Below are positions 1-13,382 of a DNA stretch of 64,000 nucleotides, piece after piece. Under the pieces are notes generated by a model that worked only from the letters and a program-made list of their open reading frames with translations, had not been told where the DNA came from and ran no database searches. This DNA comes from Phyllosticta citribraziliensis (taxonomy: Eukaryota), in NCBI RefSeq assembly GCF_038025025.1, contig NW_027117338.1:1798001-1862000 (forward strand), read 5' to 3'. A program made the translations under genes and the position numbers. The stretch's first letter is position 1, and each line of letters begins with the position of its first letter.

Positions 1-583
1 CATTGGCAGCAAGGGCAAACAACAGCCTTTTTCCGACTTGACGCGCAAGTTGCGGCTGATGCGGGAATGAAAGACAGCGGGCAACGGTGTAAATTTCATG
101 CAGTGATATTTGGTGGTCTAAATGGGGTTGCAGGCGTTAGAAATGCGGCCGTGCCTCAAATCAATTCCCACAGCACAGAGATGGAAATTTTTCACATCTA
201 TGCGGAGGATTCCAAGACTTACGATCTGCTTCGGGCACAATCTTTTTGCTGGCCTGTGGTTGAGTTGCACCGGTGAAGGCTTGGAGGATAGGTCTTATCC
301 GCTCCTTCATAGCATTGCCAACGACGGAAAAGTCAACAGTCTCCAGCAAAGTGGTGGCGGCATCCTTTGATGATTCGCCATAGTCTGTTGGCCCAACTGG
401 AAAACCACGTCGGACCGGCACTTTTCTTGGTGCTCTTCTGGGCGTTTTTAGAGCATAGCCGCGCTGTTGGTAGACAACACGTTCTGGGTTCTCAAAACGA
501 CAGAACAGGCAGGTCCTCTGGACTGCATTGACAGGCGTTGGAAAATTCCTTAAGAATCCGCGATGGAGCTGTTGGCGGAGCAT
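1..583 (-). CDS. Hypothetical protein, probably mitochondrially targeted; 5' part only (runs off the window). Exons 583-223 and 117-<1
   Basis: ATG at 583 gives an Arg-rich, presequence-like N-terminus (MLRQQLHRGFLRNF...RTCLFCRF). A GTAAGT donor at 222, a CTAAC branch and a TAG acceptor at 118 keep the frame open to the window edge (DHHQISLHEIYTVARCL...RLLFALAAN). Confidence 0.65.
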
Positions 584-761
584 GTTTCGGTGACGTTGAT
601 AAGTCAAGATCGGCTCTGGTTCTGAATCCGGGTGCAGTCGGGCCGGTCAACGGAGACGGAGATTCTAATAGTCCGTTCTGCCGGGCGGTAAGAGATTTTC
701 TTCGCCCAGATGTTTGAGAGCTCGGGACTTTTTTTGGTGGGTCAACGCAGAACGGGCCTCC

Positions 762-2320
762 ATGTTTTCGCGCGTCGTCCACAGCGCCCGCGCTTTGCTG
801 ACTCGCTCGCCTTCAAAGTCTTCCGAGACGCCTACCGCAGTTTCAAACGACGAAGCAGCCGCCATGGTAGCAACGCGCAGTGGCGCCGACACAAACAGCC
901 CTCTTACAAGCTCGGCTACTCGTTCTGCGCGGAAAAGGTTCCAAGACGACACTCCCAATGGCACGCCTACGCGCAACAACAAGAAGAGAAAGTCTTCGGA
1001 AGACGAGGAAGAGCTGGAAACTCCCAAGATTTCTCTCTTAGCCCGCGAGGAGCCGCAGTCGACACCAAACACACAAACCACCAAGACCTCTGAGCCCTCC
1101 TCCGAGACACCAAAGAGAGGTCGAGGTCGTCCGAGAAGAAGCGACAATTCTCTCCTGGAGCAAGTGGTCACACCAAACCAGGCGGATAAGAAGGGCAAAG
1201 CTAGCGCAGAGACCCCACGGGAGAAAGAGACATCAGAGCAACAGGATGGCAACCAGGACGACGCGTCAATCTATAGTACTCCGGCGGATGACGACGACGA
1301 TGAATCGATTTACGCAACGCCCGCGACAACTCTTCGTCCCACTCTTCGTGGTTCCGCACGGCCAACTCCCGCATCTGTCACACCCAAACCCCGTGGTCGA
1401 GCTGCAAGAAACACGCCCTCGAAGCCGTCCAGATTGATATCTTCTCAGACCATTGATGAGGGTGAGGAGGAGAAGACCCCCAAGCCTGAGCCCTCCAAGG
1501 TGGCAAACAAACCGAGGATCATTCGCTTTGGAAGCGAGGATCCTCCAGCGGTCCCAGAGCCAGCGCCGGAACCGCCAAAGAAGACTGAGATTCCGTCGTC
1601 CTCTGCGGATGAGGACAGTGAGGATGAGGCTCCAGAAGCCGTCACTGCTAGCTCTGCACGCGAACAAGCTCGCGCCGCAGAGGAGGATGCGGCCAAAGCC
1701 GTCAAGGAGTATGTTGTCCCAAACTCGTTTGAAATCCAGCTCGCTGACATTATACCAGACAAGAGGCCGCCGCCAAGAGGAAACGCCAGGAGCGTGAAGC
1801 GCGTCTGCGAGAGCAAGCCGCAGCCTCCAAGCGTCGGAAGCAGAAGGAAACCGAATCGAAGCTTGAACCCGAGGATGATAGCCCTCCTGCCGACGTCGCT
1901 TCCAGCACCACAATTACGGCCTCCAATCCTGCCGCTCTGTCCAAGCCCGCTTACAATCTGCAAAACATCCCCGATCTGCTTCCCGATGAGTTGCTCGCGG
2001 CCGCCCCTGCTGTGAGGCCGCCTACCCCTGAACCGGCGGAGCGCGCGACAGGTCTGGGTCAAAAGGAGGGTGAGAGGAAGAAACTCAACAAACACTTGAA
2101 GTTCTTGGACGAGAAGCCTGCGAAGGATATCAAGAAGGGTCCGGTCAGACTGCACGTGTTGGAGAAGGGCAACAAGAAACTGCCGCCCAAGGTCAACAAC
2201 CAGAGCAAGAACATGAGGGACCAATGGCTGGCGGGTAGAAGAGCACAGCCAGCCAAGGGAAAGAAGGGCTTTGGTGGTCCGGAAAGGAAGAAGACCGGAG
2301 GCGGATTTCTGAGGAACTAG
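762..2320 (+). CDS. U3 snoRNA-associated / Bud21(Utp16)-like nucleolar protein, about 502 aa. Exons 762-1708 and 1759-2320
   Basis: Long low-complexity acidic/basic ORF with an AT-hook-like KRGRGRPRR. The 50-nt intron GTATGT..GCTGAC..CAG restores the frame into EQEAAAKRKRQEREARLREQ. The DEAPEAVT motif, IPDLLPDELL and a basic C-terminus (KDIKKGPVRLHVL..MRDQWL) resemble the family. Confidence 0.65.
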
Positions 2321-2515
2321 GGGGGCAGATGGAAATCTTTATGGAGTTTCGGAGGGCGTTCAAGCGACATGGGCCATGTGCGAGCTATGTGACATGGGTC
2401 GACTGAGTTTCGCAGAAAAATGGGATATGTATCCAATGGCTGTAATTGCGGCCCATGAAGCTCAAATCTAAAGAATCAACCTGCGCCATTCGAGGAATGT
2501 TTTCTGGATGGTGGC

Positions 2516-4367
2516 CTAGAAAGTGACTGTCGCTACTTTCGCGGCCTCCAACCAAGTCGGGTTCCCCTCCAACGTCTCCTTCCGAATAGCATAAAGCTCG
2601 TCCAAAAACGCCGGGACAAAGGTACCAGGGCCTCTGACATCCTCCCTCTTCGCCGCCCTCTCCGCCGCAATCTCAAAGAGCAGCACACCGGCCAGCGCCG
2701 CCACAATCTTCTGCTCCTTGCCCGCAACCAAAAACGCTGCGACCGTCGTTCCCAGCGTACAACCACTGCCCGTGATGGCGCCTAGATACTCGTGCCCGTT
2801 TCCAATCGCCAGCGTTAGCTCCCCATCCGACAGCACATCCGTAGCGCCCGTCATGAGAACCAGATTGCGCTCTCTACGGGCCAAGTCGCGCACGAGGGCA
2901 GCACGCTCGCGCAGGCCCATCGCGCTGGCGCCGCTGTCGACGCCACGCTGCTGGATATCGCCAGCGGTGCCAGCCACAGTGCGGATCTCGTTTTCGTTGC
3001 CCTTGATCAGGTCGAAGTAGCCGCCGGCTAGCAGCGTGCGCACGGCGGTGCGGCGCTGCGTCGTGGCGCCCGCGCCGACGGGGTCGAAGACGACGGGTCC
3101 GCCGACACTGTTGTAGGCGCGGAGGGCAGAGAGGTAGTTCTTCAGGCCCTCGTCCGTCACGGTGCCCATGTTGACGACGAGGGCGCCGGCGAGGCGGGCG
3201 AGGTCGGGCGCTTCCGAACCGTTGTTTGACATGATTGGAGAGGCTCCGCTGGGGTTAGGGGGTCAGTGAGAAGTGTCATACTAGCAGTAGAGCTCGGGGC
3301 TTTTGGTACTCCAGACGATAGGCTCGAGAAGGGGACGACATCTCCACCTCTTTCTCGTCCACCGTCAATTAGGACTCAATGTAGTAGACTTACATGCACA
3401 AAGCCACATTGGCAGCAAAATTTTGCACAACCATATTCGTCATGTTATGGCAGAGAGGCGTAAGATCAGCCAGCGCCTTGAGGACTGGAGGAATTTCCAT
3501 CCGTATGACATCCGGTTTCTCCAGGCCTACAGGTGTCTTTTGCTCGACGGCAAACGCTGGCGGCGTCTCAACCAGGCGCTTCAACTCTTGCGCCGCCTTG
3601 AATGGGTCATCAGCGCCAATGATCGCGCTCACAACCGCAACACCGTCGAGTTGCTTCGAGGGCGCGGCAGACTGGTACAACACCCGCTGCGTGTTGGAGG
3701 CGTTGATGCCGCCAATGCAGACAGTGGATACGGAAGGGGCGGCGCAGGTCGACAGTGCGGAGAGCATCTCGCGCAAGCCAGCGGTGCCAACAATGGACTT
3801 CGTGTTCTCTTTCGTGGAGGTTGAAAAGACGGTGCCCAAGCCGAGATAGTCTGCTCCTCCTTCGGCCGCCGTGACGGCTTCTTGAATTGAGTTGGCCGTG
3901 ACACCAATGATTGCATCTGGGCCAAGGAGCCTTCGAGCGCTGGCGAGGTCTGGATGTGAAAAGAATCATGTAGTCAGATATGTGGAAATCCAAAACGTGA
4001 CAAATGTCGACAAGAAGAGATGCTCACCAATATCATCCTGCCCGATGTGCACACCCTCGACTCCAGCAGCTAAAGCAACGTCGACACGGTCATTGATGAG
4101 AAGAGGAACGTTGCGCGCTTTGGTGACCTCGTGCAACTGTTTGGCGATGCGGATGAGGTCCCCCGTGTCGCTTGTCTTGTCACGCAGCTGGACAATGGTG
4201 ACGCCTGCCCGACCATCAAATCAGCACATTCCAAACCAGCATTTTTTCATCATTGTGCCTAACTAACCTCCCTCGACTGCAGCTTTTACAATGGCGACCA
4301 AGTCCCTGCTGCGCAGGATTGCGGGCGTGTTGTCCGTGACGAGATAGACCGAGTAGTCGACCGCCAT
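2516..4367 (-). CDS. THI6: Bifunctional thiamine-phosphate synthase / hydroxyethylthiazole kinase, about 521 aa. Exons 4367-4268, 4204-4028, 3949-3394 and 3248-2516
   Basis: ThiE motifs DYSVYLVTD, GVTIVQLRDK, LLINDRVDVALA and GVHIGQDD. ThiM motifs HNMTNMVVQNFAAN, VVFDPVGAGAT, IKGNENEI and ITGSGCTLG. Three canonical introns; spliced length 1566 nt. Confidence 0.95.
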
Positions 4368-5245
4368 GTTGCTTGGGGTGCAAACTTTTGCTTTCTTTAA
4401 CCACCTGTTTTCTGCGGCTGGATTGGTGGTATGAGCAATGCCTGGTTGCTGCCACCATGGTGAATTCGTCATGAGATGCCGGTTTCGGTGGGGCAGACAC
4501 GGCTCGCCTTGGGCTGCGGCCACGACTTCCAGTATCTTCCCACACACGTCTCGATTGACCACATTGGAAAGTTTATCGCGCAATGTAATATTCATTGAAT
4601 CAGAAGGTGGTGAACCGTTCAATATGATCCAATCCATTTTGAGACTTTGAGGACTCTCGTGGGTCACACTATCGTCTATCGAATGGATTACCATAACCAT
4701 CTTTCAGTTCAGAAACGCTGCAGATCAATACGTCTCTTTTGAACCAGGCCACAGTGATCTGTCATTCTCACTGCATCAGAGGATGAGGTTGATGCCCTTA
4801 TGCCACGAAGTATTCCTTCATCATCACTGCGACAGCCTGCTGATGTTGTTCGGTATCACTTCGTTCAATGGCTTCAGGAGTCTGTGACCAGCCTCATGAA
4901 GATCACTAGGTAGTTGGTGAAGCGTTGATTTGCCTCGATCGAACCACGAGGGAATTATCCCAATTCGTTTTGATACGCCAGACCATCCATGCCCTGCCTG
5001 ACGCAAAGTTCTTGCCCATTGTCTCACCAACACACCAGTCCATGCCCGCCCTGAATCCCACCCTGGTAGCCAAATCTTTTTAAAACTGTTATTCCTACAA
5101 TACTGAGAACTGAGAAGACCGGGAAGAAGAGAAATTTTGGGATTTGGGGGTCATTCTGGGCGCAGAGAATTCCACCAAACCTGAGATTATTTTTTTGAAG
5201 AAAAACCAATCTACCGCCCTGGAAAGGGGGTGAGCTTTTTCTTAT

Positions 5246-6925
5246 CTAGTCGTAGAAAACAGCTTCAAATCCGTAGATGAAGCCAAAGACCAGGAACGCA
5301 AATGCACCGCCGAGGGTCACTTTAGATAAAGTCAGCTTGGAATGATGGAGTTTGGAGCTTGTCAGTGTGATACTCACCAACTCTCATGCTCACGCGACCC
5401 GCGATTGCTTTGCCTCCCACAACCGCGACTCCAGTGCAGACAGCGTGACCACTGATGGCTCCACCAGTGACCCACCAATAGTCTTGACCAGCTGCCATTG
5501 CAATGGTTGCAATTTGACTCCGATCGCCCCATTCACCGAGGAAAGTCATCACAAACGTCTGTACCCACGCTGGGCTGAGTAGCAACGAAAAGAGATTGTT
5601 GAGTCCGCCAAGAACGCGTTCCATTGATGCTCCCGAGGGGGAGTTGGAGGGAGAGCGTGAAGATGACGGGCTGCGGTGCGTCGGAAGACGGCTTCGGGAG
5701 CGAGATTGGCGCCCGCGTCCAGCTTCCAGCATATAGGGATCCACTGACGAACGTCGCCGTTTGCTTGCAACCTGTTCCTTTTCCTCGAGCTCTGCTTCAA
5801 CTTCTTGCATTTCTTCCCCGACTCCTTCTTCTGGACTCATGGCGAAACCCTCGCGGAGAAGTTTTGCACCAAAGATAAAGAACAACAGAGCTGCTGCGAC
5901 GCTGGTGAGTTTCTTCGGGAGAAGTGTCGGCACTGCGTGACCAAGGACAGCAGAAAGAACGGTCATGGCGATGAGAGCGGAAAAGGCTGCGGAAAAGACC
6001 AGGACGCGCGGATGGCGCATGGCCATGAGGGCAGCCACAAGAAACGTCTTGTCGCCAACTTCTGAGAACAGAATCATGGTGAAGGAAAGTAAGAACGAGT
6101 CCCCAGGATGGATGATCGTTTCCTCTTCGGGTTCAGAGCCGGTCGAACTGAGTTTGGAGGCTTTCTGTTTGGATCCAGTACTGTCGTCCTTGGGCATGCT
6201 CGGGATGACCGGGTTTGAGGACCCGCTGTCGCCGTGAGGACTATCAGGGAGGTCCGATGGTTTCTGCCATGTATTATTAGCCTGAGCTCAGTGCCATATC
6301 GGACTGAATCATAATATACCTGGATGCCGACAGCGCCCTTGGCCTTGGATTCCGCTGTGGAGGAAGCATCCAGCTCCTCGTCAACCACCTCCACACCCAG
6401 ACGCTCCTGCTCTTCGGTCGACATGGGTCTCGCCTCGTCTGGAGAAACGGGAACCTTTTCGAGCTTTCCTCCCAGCTCTTTTTCAAGCGCCTTGTGCTTC
6501 TTGTTCCTTTCCGATACTCCACCCTCAGTACCTGTTGTGCCCTTCTTAGGACCCACATGGTCAGGGTCGTCCATGACGCTGTCCTTTCCCGCGGCGATAT
6601 CTGACGATACTTCTTTCTGGTCTCCGAGCACGCTGTCGCTGAGGCTATCGGAGCTTCCCTTGGAGCCAACGTCTACGACACCCGGCGACATCTTCTTCGG
6701 CTTGTCCTTGTCCGAAACAAAAGGCCCCCATTGCGGGCGGCCATCTTCGGCTGGCTTGACGCTGTCCGCGACGTCGACTTTTCCGGGGGCGACAGAGCCG
6801 GTTTTGGCGGTACCGCCACGTAGGTTCAGGTTGGTATCCTCATCGGTTGCACCAATGGCGGCAGCAGACGACAGTGCGGGCAAGAGCAGCAACAGCCAGC
6901 CAACTTGGCTCTTCCTCAAAATCAT
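5246..6925 (-). CDS. GDT1: UPF0016/GDT1 (TMEM165) Ca2+/Mn2+ transporter with signal peptide and long lumenal N-terminus, about 521 aa. Exons 6925-6320, 6263-5378 and 5319-5246
   Basis: Two EXGD(K/R)(T/S) motifs (SEVGDKTF and GEWGDRSQ), hydrophobic helices and an N-terminal signal peptide (WLLLLLPALSSAAA). Both introns keep the frame. Confidence 0.93.
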
Positions 6926-7589
6926 GCTGGATTGTGCGAATGATGGTTTCCGGTAGGAGCGAGGCTTGGTAAGGGGTAGAGTGTTGAAGAGTCGGCTTCG
7001 TCGCTGACGTAACTGTGCCGCGCGCAAGCTCAAACGACGGACGACGAAGAGTGGCAGGGCAGGATGGACTAAAGGAGCGGACGTCAGTCGGAGCCTCTGA
7101 CAGAGGCAAAAGACGAATGTTGAGAGCCTTTGACGGCGGGTTGGTGTGGCATTGAGGTTTGGACAACGGGCTGGGTGGGTTTGGCCGTGGACGAATGGGT
7201 TCGTGAGGCGGTGCAGGGGCTTACACGTAACGTCTAGGGCATGGTGCGCAAGGGGCTGCTGAAAGTGATTGAGCTCAGGCCTGTCCGCACCTGGCGAGCG
7301 CTCAATGACGGTCGGGGAATTAGAGTTGCTGGCCTGGCGCCAGGTGTTGTTTGCCTACCTCACCACCGCGCCGGCTGTCCATGGGCGTGGCTTGACCTGA
7401 GTCCCAGTCCCGTCCTTGGTTCCTGAGGCAAAACGCCATCACGTGCACTGTTGCCGGGCGCGACGTGAATTTATCTCACGAGTCAGTTTGGTCATCGCCA
7501 AGCAACTCCACCAAAGACGCCTCCCCGCGACATTCCCTTTGCGCCCAACTACACGCTCACGACATCTTGAATGCGACAAATCTGAAATC

Positions 7590-10216
7590 ATGGTCGTCGA
7601 GGCCAGAGGACTGCGCTCTTCGAGCCGCCGCACCCCGCAGCCGACCTCAGCCGCCGCCGCCAACGCCAGCCCGCGTGCCATGCGAGCCAACAGCCAGGAC
7701 ATCAATTCCACGCGACAAACGTCACCGCCTCACAGGACAACGCGCGGACAAGCGCGCGCTGCCAGTCTCGAAAGCACCCTGAGCACCGAAGGCGCGTCCC
7801 GAACTTCTCGAAGAACGGCCAAGCAAGCTGGTGCAGTGCGCGGTGAGTGTCTGAGAGCTGCAAAAGCATCACAACATGCTTCAGTCTACCATCCGATCGG
7901 CATCAGTCGCAAGCGGTTCATGGCTGACTAGACGGCGACAGAGCTGCCAACGGTCGAAGAGGATGCAGGGTTCCAACAACGGGGCCTTTCCGAACTACCT
8001 GCTACTGAAGACCACCCCAACCTCGAGGAAATCCAAATCTTTCAATCCGCGGCCGACTATCAAGCAGAGGGATCGCCAGGTGCTGCCTCCATCGCCTCAA
8101 CATCCGCCGAAACACTTCATCCTCCTTCCGACCTGGACGTGTTGCTCATGGTCGATTCTCTCGGAGACTTGTACACAGACGCAAACAAGGTCCTTGAAAA
8201 GATTGCCCCGGAAAGTGCCTCCCAAACCGAACTGCGCAATCTCTACTCTGATTTCAGGAAGCCAGGCTCCGCTGTGAATCGGGTACTATCCAAGCGCATC
8301 GAACGATTTGAAAGATCGTGCGAGATCTTTGGGGCGAAAGAGTATGTCAGGAGTGACGTTGTGAAAGCTGCCTTCGCCGGACAAACACCTGCTCCAAACA
8401 CCGGAAAGCCTCTCCCTCTCCGGGTCGATCCAATCTTGCAAAAGGCAAATCTAGCCCTGCTGGCGCTACGAATGAGAGACATTGAGCGCGAGACAAGTAG
8501 GACGTATGACATTCTACGTCTGCTAGACGACACTTTCCCGCGCGATTTTGTTTCCAGCGATGAAGACGGCGCAGACGACGGTTCCATGACGCGGGCAAAT
8601 GATGCTTTATATGAACTTGGTCTCGAAATCAGAACTCAGTGCGCAATTCGCGTCCTGTTCGAGAATCAAGACAAGAAAGACTTCTGGCCCCAACAAGATA
8701 TCTTGGAAACGTTTTTCTTGGCAAATGAAGAAGGCTACGGCTTTGACGCCGAGCACCGTTCTTTGCGCGGATGGGAGGTGCTCGGTCTCGACTCAGCCGA
8801 GGAGGGTTTACCAAAGGCGGTTGAGGATTTGGTCCACAAACGAGTCGATGAACTCCGCGCCTGCCTACCGGAATCAGACACTGCAGAAGATGTCGATTTT
8901 GAACAATTAGAAGCCAACTTCCCGTGGAGTCGGTTCATCACCCAGCTCCTTGAGTGGGTCTCAAGACGCAATGAGGAGATTGAGGCCGAAATCTCACATT
9001 TTGGAGGGATAAGAGCAGTCCAAAGCGCGCTACAAGAACACGTCGACCCAATTGACAGGCAGACAACACAAACTTCCAATTTCCCTCCTCAGGCCCAGCC
9101 CGCGGACCCAGAGCCTCCACCAAAACAACAGAGCCAATTTGCCTCGACGGCTCCAGGCGTGATATCTGTTTTGCAGAAATTGAAGCAAAAGGTCGATCGG
9201 TTGTCAGGGGGTGGAGCGAGAGAAGAAGCCGCAACTGCCGCCGAAAACCGCCAGCCCCGCGCGCCGCGTGCTGAGGAAATTGAAGACGAGTGGCAGCTGA
9301 TTGCGAACGAAGAAGAGGACATCTCTGCAACTGCCGTAGAGATACAAGAGCCGCCACCATATGCCGCAAAGCAAGTCTTCATGGATCAGATCCGTCTGAT
9401 GGAGCGGCAAAACAAGGAGAACATCAATCGGGTCCAGAGCGAAAAGGAAAAGACAAAATCGATATTCGACCGCCAACCAGATGCACATAAGGTCTCTTTT
9501 GACGAGGATGTGATCCGACAATCCCCTGCCAAAAGGTCCGGGGCGCCCAGCACTTCTCCAGCGAAAAGACGGCGCGTTTCTGATGAAGAGCAAGAGGAGG
9601 AAGAGGACGACGAATTCGAGACAGACCCGCGGCAAACGGCCGGCCGTCGGAGACGAGAAGCACCGGCGAAGCGTCGACGCATCACGCGCGCCCCGCGACG
9701 AGCTACGAGTCTCGCATCGACCCGGGGGCAGACCGACGGCAACGAGGACAACGGGGACGAGACGGTCGTGGAGGACGTCGACGTCGTGAGCCGCCTGGCG
9801 CGTCGGCAGGGCACGGCGTTGCCTCCAGTAACCGCCGCAGGCAACAAGCGGAAGCGCTTCCCGTGGACGGATCAAGAAGATAAGCAGCTCATTGCCCTGT
9901 TCCGCATCTATGGCGGAGGCAAGCAGCCCTGGAAGCGCATCAAGGAGGCGGACGAGGCCGACCTCGATGTCTTGCACCGCCGCGATCCTGTCGCGCTCAA
10001 GGACCGAGTGAGGACTTTGTGCTTCATCTATGACAAGTATGCTCCCCTGCGTCCCCCACCAATATTCTATGAAAGAGATGAGGCTAACAAACATTTTCCA
10101 ACAGGGCAAATACGGGCCGTCCCGACGTCTTCGAGGGCCTGGAGATCGGCGACTTTTACAAGCGCAAGGTCGACGAGAAGCTGGGCCGTCTGCCGAGCGA
10201 GGTGCCCGCAGAATAG
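7590..10216 (+). CDS. Myb/SANT (telobox-like) domain protein with a central TRF-like helical domain; putative telomere-repeat binding factor, about 819 aa. Exons 7590-7842, 7942-10036 and 10105-10216
   Basis: Single C-terminal Myb repeat (KRKRFPWTDQEDKQLIALFRIYG..PWKRIKE..HRRDPVALKDRVRT). The central LGLEIRTQCAIRVL segment is reminiscent of fungal TRF/Tbf1/Taz1-type domains. Introns GTGAGT..CAG and GTATGC..GCTAAC..CAG. Confidence 0.7.
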
Positions 10217-11296
10217 CCGCCCGCAGACCTGCATTGTACTATACTTTCCTAGCTTTACGATTTAAGAATCTGGGTTCTGGTGGGATGGATGGTTGGCGGC
10301 TTCTATCATTGCTCGGGCGTCCAGTGGCTTGCGCGTGGTTGGTGTGCGGAGAGCAAAGATTCAATCAGTTCTTGATGGACAGGGGCGCAAGTGACAAACG
10401 CCGTCTTCTCCAGGCACCTACAAGGCAGGCGTTTACGTTCAGGAGGGCGGGCGCGTCACCGTTTCTTGGGCTCGTTCATTCCAGGCGTTGATGTGGTGGT
10501 GATCTTCTTACTACATACCTAGATAGATACATGGTCACCACCGTACGGTAACCAGCCTTCTTTGGCCGATGAAGCAATTCTTATGATGGTTTGTTGCTAC
10601 TCGTTGTGTCCGCTCTCGAGTTTCGCTCTCCCCGTAGTTGTTGTCGTTGGGAAGAGGCCAAATAGCTGAGAAGGGGCTAGGCGGGCAGTGTCAGTCGCAC
10701 ATACAGGTCAATTGATCCAGAACGAATTTGATTTGGATAGTATTCACTTGAACGGCGTGATGGGCCAGAAAGCCATACCTGCAACCCCAATTCCTGTGTG
10801 GTACCATCCCTTCCATTATTTCCAGTCCTCATGTGTTCGGCCACTGCACTGTTGCTACATACATGCCCGAGCCCATCTCGACTCTGAACAGAGAGCGAAA
10901 CCTCATGGCATGATCTAGTCATCCATATTTCCCGCCATCACCACCACCATGGCCACTCAAAGAAATCTCCACGCGACAAGGCCGACGACCGCTATGCGAA
11001 GGGCAAGAAGAAACGACAAGAAGAAATGGGGAGTATTTTGAAGCGGGGGAGAGGAAGAAAGTCCAAGAAGAAGAAACCAGAGAAAGGGATCGCTGCCTCC
11101 CCAATATTAGGGTCCCCTCTCGGTCCGTGGTATCTAAACGCGCGAAGTAACAAACAATGCCTTGAGAGCTGTGAAAAGAAAAAAAAGCCCCGGGGGCCTA
11201 GGTCGATGCCAATGTCGCTGTTTGCCTGTACGCTGCAATCACGCTGCGCGATTCATGTGGCATGTGTCTCGTGGATGGATCGTCGCTGGGAGCAGC

Positions 11297-12711
11297 TCAT
11301 TCCAGAAGCGTCTGCTCAGCAACGTCGTTGAGCGTACCGGCCTTGCCGCCATAGACCTCGGGTACACCGTCACCGAGCTGAGCGGCGAGTTGGTTGCCAT
11401 AGCTGAGGACGGTGAACTTTTTGACAGTCTCCTTGGGAAGGAGGACCTTCATGGCTGTGAACATCCAGCCCATGACGACGGGCACGTTGACGAAGAACTT
11501 GCGCGAAAGCGTCTCTGGGTAGACCTTGGAAAAGAGCTCAATGGTGCGCTTCGAGGCTGCCTTGACGTGAGGGTCCTGGCGAATGAAAGAGACGCTCAGA
11601 TAGTCGTGCACCTGGATGCCTTGGTATGGGTCAGGCCCCTGGTTGAAGTCTGGGATGGGCACGGTAGCCTCGTTGAGCTTGAGCTTTGCGATTCCCTTCT
11701 CCATGAGAGCGACACGCCAGCGGATGAATCTGTAGAAACGAATAACCATTAGCGACGCCGGTTCTCAAAAGAGGGAAGAACTTATCCACTGCGTGTAAGC
11801 TTTCCCGATTCCAAAGCCGCGGAAGTAGACCTTCCAACTAAGGAATCTAGGAAGCCCGTAAGTGCGATATTGGCTCTCAGCAAAAAATTTGCGACTTACC
11901 CCTCGAGATTGCCAAAGGTGGCCTTCTTGTCCTCGACAGCTCCGTACACGTTGAAGGTGACAATGTCCTTCTTGTTTGTGCTCTCCGGGACGCCCTCAAT
12001 CTCCATGATGTAGCCCAGACCGTTGAAGATGTTCTTGTCAAAGCCAGCCTTCATGGCCTCGAGGGGCTGGAACTCGCGACGCCATTCGAGAGTCTCCCTC
12101 AACTGATCCTTGGCTTTGTCGATGTTGTTTGAGTTTGCGCGCAAGAACTTTTGGAGGATGAGCTTGGTGTGAAAGTCGCCAGATTCTTTGAGCGTGATGC
12201 CGTAGACCTCGTCGTACTGGGTGGATTTGAGAAGTTCAGGCAAGTCGGCGAGAAACTTCGAGAGGGGGTGGTCGGCAGCGAGTTCAGGCCAGACGGGACC
12301 GGTAGCCACAGGCGCGTCGGCCTTGGATTCTTCGGCACCGGCAGCAGCTTCAGCTGCAGGCTTGTCTTCCGCCTTGGGCTCCTCAGCCTTGGATTCTCCG
12401 GTCCTGGACTCTTCCGCTTTGGGCTCTTCGGGCTTGACGTCGCCAGCGGAAGCCTCCTCGGCCTTGATTGGCTCAGCTTCTTCTTTCTTTTCACCTTCAG
12501 TAGAAGCTGTAGGGGCTTCAATGGTAGGCTTCTCAGCAGTCCCATCCTTCTTGTCGGTCGTGGCGGGCGTGTCGTCCTTCTGCTCATCAGACGCGGTCGT
12601 AGCAGTCGGCGCGTTGGTCACGTCCGTGATGACGGGAGCTGTAGATTCGGCGGCAGCCATTGTGTCTGCAGGCTTGCTGGCGGCGACTTTGTCTTCGGGT
12701 TGAGAGTCCAT
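11297..12711 (-). CDS. SFH5: Sec14-family phosphatidylinositol transfer protein Sfh5, about 414 aa. Exons 12711-11900 and 11729-11297
   Basis: Acidic N-terminal extension, then YDEVYGITL, ILQKFLRAN, TFNVYGAV, FIRWRVALME, QVHDYLSVSF and YPETLSRKFFVNVP (CRAL-TRIO domain). One 170-nt intron. Confidence 0.92.
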
Positions 12712-13382
12712 TTTCGCAACGAGAGGATGTCGGGACAAAAAAGAAAGGCGTCAGGCAAGGAGCTTATAGGTAGACTGGAGCATTGGAAGCTCGGGGACGC
12801 GAGACAAGCGCGGCAGCCACCCAGGGCCCGGGCATGACTCGTACGATTACTCAGCCGCACGGGCCTCATTGCTCGGATGCGGCGACCCGTACCGCAGGAC
12901 GGGGACTGGACCTTACCTCAGGAACTCTATACCTAGATCCAACCAAGGCCATGTCCGATCCAATGCCACCATCCAGATCTGTCCTCAATATCCATCTGCA
13001 TCTCAACCTCAGTCAGTACTCTCTCACCCATTGGCGCCTCCAGCAGCCGACTCCGAATGTTCCAAAGGCCCAGGACAAATTTCCGGCCTCCGACGAATTT
13101 CCGTCAACACCCTCTCAAAGGGATATGCACGAGTCTGAGCGTGCAATCTGGGCCAGAATAGGAGGCACGCGCATATCGATGCAAATAAGGGCTACACAAC
13201 GTGAACCACCCATTGGCTGGCGCCAGACGAAGCCGCCCGGCAGAAAACCGGCCTCCGTCACTGACCCTCGATATCGGCTAATCGTGACGAGACGATGCTA
13301 TTCCAGGGAGCAAGAAAAACTGGACCCGTCACATCTTTATTCGAGCAGAGCGCCTATGTGCAGGCTCCCCTATCTGAATCTC

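Noticed and set aside
4773..4830. Possible C/D snoRNA on the minus strand (GCA-GTGATGA...CTGA-TGC, with an 11-nt match TAAGGGCATCA to 18S rRNA)
   Set aside because: It is only 58 nt, the rRNA-complementary stretch does not abut a D or D' box, and there is no host intron. Probably chance; a snoscan/Infernal run would settle it.
3249..5245. TPP riboswitch associated with THI6 (5' region or 145-nt intron 3)
   Set aside because: I found no CTGAGA...GATAATxCCxGCG aptamer pattern on the transcribed strand; the CTGAGA words at 5103-5186 are on the wrong strand. Known fungal TPP riboswitches are in THI4, NMT1 and transporter genes rather than THI6.
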